The notes below the pieces were generated by a model. It did not search any database, was not told where the DNA came from, and saw nothing but the letters and a program-made list of their open reading frames with translations. Below are positions 56,332 through 64,000 of a stretch of 64,000 nt of DNA, in pieces; positions within the stretch are counted from its first letter, which is position 1, and each line of letters starts with the position of its first letter. The stretch lies in the NCBI GenBank assembly GCA_965240325.2, contig OZ251230.1, forward strand, positions 1,116,001 to 1,180,000, read 5' to 3'. The position numbers and the translations under genes were made by a program. This DNA is from Rebecca billardiae RCC1528 (Eukaryota; Protista; Haptophyta).

Positions 56332-56395
56332 GTATGATTGCTGCATGTAGTTGCATGCCACGTCGTTAGACGTGTCACCGCCAGCTGGCTGAAGG

Positions 56396-58009
56396 ATGGA
56401 GGCGAACGCTTCCGCGGCGGTTGCGCTCCTCTGGCGCAAGTCGGGCCGTGGGGACGCGCGTGCGACGTTCCTTCTGGCGCGGCGGGCTGAGGATGGCGAC
56501 GGCATCGCGCGAGACGAGCGCGAAGCATTTCGCCTTTACACGCTCGCCGCTGAGCGCGGCTTTGCCGATGCGCAGGCGAGAATGGGCAATATCTGCGAGA
56601 AAGGCGAGCTCGGTCAGCACGTGGACCTCGAGGCAGCGCCGCGCTGGTACCGGCTGGCGGTCGAGCAGGGCCATGCGCAAGCACAGTGCAACCTGGGCTG
56701 GTGCTACGCGCAAGGCAAGGGTGTGCAGCAAGATTGGGGCGAGGCCGTGCGCCGGTACCGGCTGGCGGCCGAGCAGGGCTTTGCGCAAGCGCAGTACAGT
56801 CTAGGCGTGCACTACGATCAAGGCGAGGGTGTGCAGCAGGAGTTTGGTGAGGCAGTGCGCTGGTACCGGCTGGCGGCCGATCAGAGCCATGCGTACGCGC
56901 AGTACAATCTGGGCTTGTGCTACTTGCAAGGCAAGGGTGTGCAGCAGGATATGGGCGAGGCAGTGCGCTGGTTCCGGCTGGCAGCCGAGCAGGGCTTTGC
57001 GCCAGCGCAGTGCAACCTGGGCTGTTGCTACGAGCAAGGCAAGGGTGTGCAGCACGATTGGGGCGAGGCAGTGCGCTGGTACCGGCTGGCGGCCGAGCAG
57101 GGCGATACACAATCGCAGTTCAATCTGGCCATGTGCTACGATGAAGGCAAGGGTGTGCAGCAGGATATGGGCGAGGCAGTGCGCTGGTACCGGCTGGCGG
57201 CCGAGCAGGGCTTTGCTCAAGCGCAGTTCAGCATGGGCACGTGCTACGAGCAAGGCAAGGGGGTGGCTCGTGATTTAGGCGAGGCGGTGCGCTGGTACCG
57301 GCTGGCCACCGAGCAGGGCTTCGCGCCAGCGCAGTGCAACCTGGGCACGTGCTTCGAGCAAGGCAAGGGGTTGGCTCGTGATTTAGGCGAGGCGGTGCGC
57401 TGGTACCGGCTGGCCGCCGAGCAGGGCCACGCAGGTGCTCAGGGCAATCTGGGCTTATGCTACGCGGACGGCAGGGGTGTGCAGCAGGACCTGGGCGAGG
57501 CAGTGCGCTGGTACCGGCTTGCAGCCGAGCAGGGCCAAGCTGAAGCACAGTACAATCTGGCCATGTGCTATACACAAGGAGAGGGTGTGCAGCAGGATCC
57601 GGGCGAGGCGGCGCGCTGGTACCGCCTGGCTGCTGATGGCGGGGTTGCATCTGCCCACAGCATGCTGGGGTCGATGACGCTGGCGGGTGTGGGAGTGGAG
57701 CGTGACGTGGAGGAGGGCGCGCGGCTGGTGCGCCGTGCACAAGAGCTCGATCCCAACCTCAGAGATGCAGCGTGCGCTGGGCTGGCGGCGGCAGCTGCCA
57801 TTCGAGAGGTGGCCTCCCAATGCTGCACCACCTGCGGACGGACAGGCCCTGGTCTGAAGAAGTGCGAGCGGTGCCACGTGGCGGTCTTCTGCTCGCGTGA
57901 GCACCTGCGCAGCTCGTGGAGGGTGCACAAGCCCCACTGCATCGAGTGGTGCGCAGAGGCAGCAGGTGAAGCCTCTGCCAGTGCCGCAGCTGCACCCGCT
58001 GTCGTGTAG
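56396..58009 (+). CDS. Sel1-like repeat protein (12 repeats) with C-terminal MYND zinc finger, paralog 2, 537 aa
   Basis: Same architecture as 53381-55084 with near-identical N- and C-termini. Confidence 0.93.
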   Translation: MEANASAAVALLWRKSGRGDARATFLLARRAEDGDGIARDEREAFRLYTLAAERGFADAQARMGNICEKGELGQHVDLEAAPRWYRLAVEQGHAQAQCNLGWCYAQGKGVQQDWGEAVRRYRLAAEQGFAQAQYSLGVHYDQGEGVQQEFGEAVRWYRLAADQSHAYAQYNLGLCYLQGKGVQQDMGEAVRWFRLAAEQGFAPAQCNLGCCYEQGKGVQHDWGEAVRWYRLAAEQGDTQSQFNLAMCYDEGKGVQQDMGEAVRWYRLAAEQGFAQAQFSMGTCYEQGKGVARDLGEAVRWYRLATEQGFAPAQCNLGTCFEQGKGLARDLGEAVRWYRLAAEQGHAGAQGNLGLCYADGRGVQQDLGEAVRWYRLAAEQGQAEAQYNLAMCYTQGEGVQQDPGEAARWYRLAADGGVASAHSMLGSMTLAGVGVERDVEEGARLVRRAQELDPNLRDAACAGLAAAAAIREVASQCCTTCGRTGPGLKKCERCHVAVFCSREHLRSSWRVHKPHCIEWCAEAAGEASASAAAAPAVV

Positions 58010-60164
58010 TATAGTAGTCCCACACTATCCACAGTGATCATCCATCCGCCTTTGAAGCAGCAGATATAGCTATACCGTCTCATCGGTAGCTACTAGCTAG
58101 TAGCTAGCTGATATATGCTACTGCTATCGCGACTACTGCTCTGACCGAGTAGGAGTCCATCGTCATCCGTTCGATCAACTACTAGCAGTGAGGGGTACAT
58201 TGGCCCATTCGGCTCTCCATTAGCAAGACGCGATTGACGAAATAAGCGCGCCCGCTCCAATTCCGTATATCTACGGACGGACGTGAGCCTGTCAGGACGT
58301 GCATTTGTCAGTATATCTGGGTAGTCAGAACGAATATGACCGCGTTCCGCGGTCCTTCCGTAGAACCAACGTAGTTAGGGGCCCGCGGTGCACCCTCCGT
58401 CGGCATATGCTGTCCGTCCAACGCGCGGCCGTAGCGGCAGCAGCAGCGCGGAGCGCCGTCGAGCACGCGCGGCAAACGAATAATGGAATATTATGCAGCG
58501 CGGGCGAGTCGACGGTCTGGAAAATGCGCGATCACGCCACAGCAGGCTGGCAGAGCCCGCCCCGAGCTGCAGCATGCGCCGTAGGTGCTGCCCCAAGCTC
58601 TCGACTGCCCGTAAGCGGCGGCATGTGCGGCGGCGCCGGCGGCGGCCATGCTGCCCCGCCGTTGCGCGCCGCGGGGCGCTGCCAGCACCTCCGTGGTGAA
58701 GCGCACAGCGCTCGAGCCCACAGGGGCTGGCGACCGTCAAACCGACACCCCATGACACGGGCCGGGGCTGCGTGTGCCAGCTGCACGCACCCCCTGGGCC
58801 CACCTGGCCCGCTCGAGCAGCTCGCGCCTTGGGTGCGCACAGCGGCTCGAGTATACTGGTATGGGACGCCTGCTGCGGTGCCGCCGAGCGAGCACGTGCG
58901 GCCGAGGGTCACGCAGCACGGGCGACTCGACGGCGGCGAGCAGGCGCGACGGCCTCGCCGCGCCGCGGTAGAGCCTGCCCGGGCTGCAGCACGCCGTAGG
59001 AGCAGCCCAGCGCCCTCCTCCGCCCTCCAGCTTCGGCGCGCGCAGCAGGCCCGGCGGCGGACATGCTGGCGTGCCCAAGCAAGCAGGCAGATGGGCGCTG
59101 CCGGCCGCGCCGTCGCAAAGCGCGCAGAACTCGAGCTCGGGGGGCGGACGGCCGCCAAACTGGCGCCGCAGGACGTGGCACTGCGTGCGCCAGCTGCGCG
59201 CACCCGCTGCGCCCGCGTAGCCCGTGCGAGCGCCGCGCCTCGAGCACACGCCGCAGCAGCTCGACACAGCCACTGCAGCGCGCACGCAGCCTGCACGGAG
59301 TGCACGCCGTGGCCCGTCGGCATCTTGGAAGCCGCCGAGAGCGTGTGCTTTCCCCGCACGACGGCGGTAGCTGCCGCGATGTATACGAGCGTGCTGCCGC
59401 GCCGGCCGCCGCTGCCCGGCCGCTGCGCCGGCTTCCACTCCGCGCCCGCTGCGCGTCCGCAGCTGGCAGCTGCGCCCGCCGTCAGCCGGCCCGGTGGCCA
59501 GCTGCCGCGCTCGCTGGGCGACCACTCGATGATGCGCGCAGCGTAAAGTGCGCGCTGGGCACCTCCTCGTCGCGTGCAATTTCGAGGTAGTCCTGCATCT
59601 GCTCCTGCATCAGCCCCTCCCACCCTGCGCGCGGGCGCGGACGGAGTCGCACGCACGCGGTCCGATGACCGATCGACGATCGATCGAGGCGCGGGCCGCG
59701 GCGGGACGGGCGTCGACGCGCAGGTTAGGTAGGTATGGTGCCGGCGCTTCCCGCAGGCGTTGCGCGCTTGGGGCGAGTGGGGCGCGTGGGCGAGACCAGC
59801 GGCCAGCCAGCCCACGCCACCGGCGCGAGGGCACCGGCGCGGCGCGCACACACACTTTGGGCCGCGGACCTGGTCGCGGGGCCGCCGCGCGGCTGCGTGA
59901 CCGGCAGCTGTGAGTGAGCTGATCGAGTGAGCAAGCCGAATGCGCGTCTGGAGGTACCTGCAGGCGCGCTCGGGGAGGGCCGAGGGCGATAGGTCGAGAC
60001 CAGCGGCCGGCCGGCACCCGTCGCGCACGCACTCGGTGCGCGCCTTTGAAGGCGGCATCCTCGCTCGGGCCGATGTCGTCGCGCCGCTCGCGAGCACGAG
60101 ACAGCTGACAGGCGGGTAACTTGGTTGTGACAAGCGCTATTCAAAAGAATATATCTTTCAATAT

Positions 60165-61992
60165 TGGCCCGCGGTGCAGGGCGGAGCGCGCAGCGTGGAG
60201 CCCGCACCAGCGGGCCCGAACCACGTTTCAAAAAGATCTTTGATCAAAGAAAAAAGGGACGGGGGACGATTTTCAGGGCTGGAGGAGACCGAGTTTCGAA
60301 TTTTGAGACTCCCTTACAGGTGCATCCTCGTCGAAAAAGGGCGCGTCCGCCGTCTTGAATAGTGAACAGAGGAATCAACGAAACCCACGCCCAAGTGTGC
60401 CAGGCAGGGTAATTGTGCGGGTAGACTCTCCTTAATGTAGTGTGACCATAGTAAAATAATATGGCCTCGCCGCTGCAAGATGCCAAGAACGACCGTTGAC
60501 ATAATCGTCCAACCAACTCCAATAGTGCGAGAGATTGAAAATACCCGCCGCAGCTATCCGTATAGTCGAAGCCGGAGGGGGCGCGGCGCGCGGCGTGTGC
60601 GGCGGCCCGCCCCTTTCGAGGCTATTTTCGTCTTCGTTACGAGCGCGATTTTAAGCAGTATGAGATTGCCGCCAACCGCCAACCGATAAAAACGGCATTC
60701 AAGGAGCGACGACGTTTGATGATCGATCAAATGTTGATCGCGCAACCACAACGCAATCTTCATACTATCTCGTCCCTTGATGAATACTGGATACGGCCTT
60801 CTGACTCTGAGCTCTGGAGTCGTCGCCTCGCCGCCTCGGCCACTGCCAGCACAGCCGAACGAACTAGCGAACGGAGGCCGAGCGGCGGCCCGCTGCGGCA
60901 GCGCACGATCGTTCAATCCGACGGACTCAGCGCAGGTGCGCGCTGCTGCGGCGGGTATCCCGACGGTCGTCAGCGTCGCTTTCGTGCCCGCTCACCCCGC
61001 GCGCCCCGCCCTGCCGATCCCTCTTCGGCCCAGTCAGTGCGGTTTCCAACCGAGCACCGGACCGCGGACACGAATCGATGTCGACGCTCGCGCGCGGAGA
61101 GCAGTCGGCGACGGTACGAGGAGGAGACCGCGGGGCATCCTAACGCGTGAATCCATGCGCGCGCCCGCGCGCGCCACGCCGCACGCCGCGCAGCTGAACT
61201 CTCGGCATGTTCAAGCGCGGGCGGTCGCGAGGACGTCGCGGTTCAGCCGCGTCTCGCCGAGCCTGATCTGCAGTGCGGAGCCTTCGCCTGATCCAGTCGG
61301 CGTGGTGCGAGCGGGTAGTCTTGGACGTTTTGTCGGGATGTGGAGCAGCCACCACGGCCATCTCGCTCGCCCAAGCCCTCGCTCGCGCCGTCCATGGCCG
61401 AGCTGTGATGGCTCATCCGCGTGCGGCGTGCTGACTGACTGGAGCCTATGGCTGCACATGATGCAGCGGCGCGGCAAGCAGCGCGCGCAGATCTGCGGGC
61501 GACGAGACTGGGCGAGTCCGAGTCGCAGCACGAGCTGGACCACGCGCACATCCTTTTTGCTCTCGTCCGCCGCATCCGAGCTGTCTCGAGTCTCGACGGC
61601 TTGACTGGCGCATGGGCGGGCGTTTCGCGCGCGAGCTCGGAGCTCGGACTGCGCGCTGACCGTGAGCGGCGGCTCTCACTCACTCAGTGACTGAGAGCCA
61701 GCTCTGGCGCTGATGGGCACGGCGGATGCCTGACTGCCTGACACGAGAGCCACAGGCTGATCTGCGAGCGGCGAGTCCGCGCGACGATGGCGAGGTTAGT
61801 GGCCGATATGCGACTCCGGGGCGACGCCGCGGCTGTGTCTAAGTGTGAGTGTCCGTGGTGGTCGGACGGAGCGGGTGGCACACCGCACAGACTGTCAGAC
61901 GGCCGGCACAGACCGGCCGGCACAGACAGACTCTGCACCGCGGGCCCCCAACTACGTTGGTTCTGACGGAAGAGGACCGCGGAACGCGGTCA
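60165..61992 (+). mobile_element. Helitron2/Helentron-like element, complete (1828 bp)
   Basis: Both family termini present; flanks T|element|T; interior related to 49316-50842 with block indels. Confidence 0.85.
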
Positions 61993-62051
61993 TATCAAGG
62001 CGGTTCATCCATCGAGGCAAGCGGGTAACTGGCTTTAAATAGCGCTATTCA

Positions 62052-63739
62052 GACAGGTTGCACAGGAAACTGTCCTTGGTGTTACATTTCTGAGAGACGG
62101 CGCCTCTGAAGGATGGCGCCCGCCCACTCGCCGCTCGTGGGTGGCGCGCGCCTCGCGTGTCGATGCAGCCCCGCATCATGACTAGCTGAATGCGCGTGTC
62201 GTCAGGACTTGTCCGCGTGCGCTACATCCCTTGAGCTAGCACAGCCGGGACCCCCTCGCCGTCGGCAGTGACTGTCATCATCCCATCACACGTCGCGTGA
62301 GACGGCAAACAGCCACGGCAGCATCACCCTCTCGTCCAGGATCATCAGGCAGCTGGAGACAGTCCTCCCTTCGACGCGTCTCGGAGCGAGCGCACACGCC
62401 CAGCTCTATCTGCGTCACACCGCCCGCGCCATCCGTCTCGAGCCCAACGCCCGTCACCACGCGCAGTATGGCAAACCGTCATGATCGGACCGAGCTCGTC
62501 GCCCGAGTGCAGCCTTCGCCCGCAATGCCGCGCGCGAGCATTCGAGTTCGACAATAAGTCGTCAGCGACTTGTGGGCCGGCGGGGAGATCCACGCGTGGC
62601 ATAGATACCATGTAGGTCGTCAGCTCCTGCTCGGTGTACGCACGCGCTCTGCATCTGAACACTTGATAGAAGCTCTCGATCATCACCATCGAGCTGTCTA
62701 CGTGAGCCTGTGCGACCGTCTGCGCAACACCTCGCGCCTCACCCTTGATGCTGAGCTCACGCGAGACAAAGAAGGCTATGTAGGGCTCAATGACATTCAT
62801 ACAGTGAGAGCGTCCTTGCCGCAGCGAGCGACAGCTTCCTTCGCCCGCTTCTTAGCACTCGCCCTGCTGTTCTTGGGCGTGAGTGAGGCGTGGTGCCTCG
62901 TCAGCCTGCTGAGCGGTTCTTGTCGATGCGTGTCACAGCGCGGAAGCAGGTGTGCGTTCGCGAGGCGTCGTGCGTGGATGCCGTTCTTCATGCTGACGAC
63001 ATAGATAGACTGCGTAGCGGCCGTCTCCTCATCCAAGAGCCTCGAGCATGCCACGACTCTGACACTTCAGCGCTCCGGCCGGCGCGCATGCACCATCAAG
63101 TGCAACCGAGCGGTTGAGAGGTAGCCGCCGCCAGCTTTTCGAACCTCACCAACACGCGCTGGATGAACATTGCAAAGTTGTCGCATACTATGAGTGTCGC
63201 GTGTCTCTTCCCGCGACTGTTGCTGCGCGACGTGATGTGCAAGACCAGTCGCGCGCGCGCTCCATCCAATACACGCACGGCTGATGAATGGACGTGGCCG
63301 AGCGCAAGCACGCACGCGCGAGTCGTAGGCTGCGAACGTCGTGTGCAGCCAGACTGCGACGTGCACGGCACGTATCCACCTTGCATTGCTACGTCTCTTC
63401 ACACCGGGCCTGGGACTCTTCCAGGCTGAGACGGCCTGCTCTGCTGCCCTCTGTGACTCAGATGCCGCGCGAACGTGCCGCGCGGCTGCGCGATGTCGCG
63501 ATTGGAGCTCAAGGGTGGTTGACTTTCGGTACATGCTACTCAAGCAGGAAGAGGCCGATCGAGGCGCGGAGTGGCGCGCTGCACCCGCAACAGCGGGCAT
63601 CGTGCAGCGCGCGAGAGCGCGCGCCGCTTCCGGGCGCACGGCGACGGCGCCATGTACCGAAAGACGGGTGGACAGGTCGCGTCCACTGGGAATGTAACAT
63701 CTGTCAGTCGCGGGCGGTCATTTTTCCGTGCAACCTGTC
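62052..63739. mobile_element. Non-autonomous TIR DNA transposon, copy 2 (1688 bp), 4-bp TSD
   Basis: Same 12-bp TIR; TTCA/TTCA (62048-62051, 63740-63743); neighbouring repeat units show the empty site GCGCTATTCAAAAGAAT. Confidence 0.95.
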
Positions 63740-64000
63740 TTCAAAAGAATCTCTTCAATATGATGAGGAGGTTCATCCAACGAGACAGGTGGGTAACTTG
63801 GTTTAAAAGCGCTATTCAAAAGAATCTCTTTCAATACCATGAGGCGGTTCATCCATCGAGACAGGCGGGTAACTTCTTTTCGCAAGCGCTATTCAAAAGA
63901 ATCTGGCCTCATAGCTGTTTTCGACCCAAAACAATCAAACGTCGCTCGGCAAACTCGTACTCCAGCATACAAGAAGGACAAAAATACTCACTTGCTTCAC

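Larger units (their letters stand above)
60107..63904. repeat. ~75-bp tandem repeat (about 4 units) split by two insertions (60107-60164, 61993-62051, 63740-63904)
   Basis: Unit GACAGGCGGGTAACTT..AGCGCTATTCAAAAGAATCTCTTTCAATA..GAGGCGGTTCATCCATCGA is continuous once the insertions are removed. Confidence 0.85.
58337..64000 (-). mobile_element. Helitron2/Helentron-like element with 3' end at 58337, probably extending past the window and hosting two nested insertions
   Basis: Family 3' end at 58337-58400 is clear. The extent is inferred from the split 75-bp repeat and from ATCAAACGTCGCTC at ~63934, which resembles the family 5'-proximal interior. Confidence 0.55.

Noticed and set aside
60107-63904. 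75-bp repeat as a CRISPR-like array
   Set aside because: Units are homologous along their length with no unique spacers; no cas-like genes

Overview
Very GC-rich eukaryotic nuclear DNA. Short GC-rich GT-AG introns with GTGCGC-type donors and a violaxanthin de-epoxidase-related gene point to an alga, plausibly a haptophyte (inference). Host genes sit in compact islands, mostly as head-to-head pairs: VDR; Sfi1-like/TBL-type esterase; DnaJ/choline-transporter-like; a signal peptide-PA-7TM-HET/TIR-like fusion; CXXS PDI/unknown; an N-acylated TPI-like gene/serine carboxypeptidase; and two tandem Sel1-repeat+MYND genes. The islands are separated by dense, often nested mobile DNA. It includes a non-autonomous Helitron2/Helentron-like family with asymmetric inverted repeats, terminal hairpins and differing cargo (four two-ended copies, two more with only the 3' end visible, one orphan 5' end). 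It also includes two copies of a 1.7-kb TIR element with 4-bp TSDs, a decayed PHIS (Harbinger/ISL2EU-like) element, a Tc1/mariner-type MITE family, a truncated LINE-like insertion and a head-to-tail dimer with a terminal hairpin. The most notable candidates for new biology are a 13-repeat EsV-1-7-type CCCH array with repeat-variable residues and an NLS, the PA-7TM-HET/TIR-like receptor, and the Sel1 arrays that vary on one helix only. Most ORFs in the supplied track are GC-rich shadow frames. All family calls are by-eye motif recognition; no searches were run.
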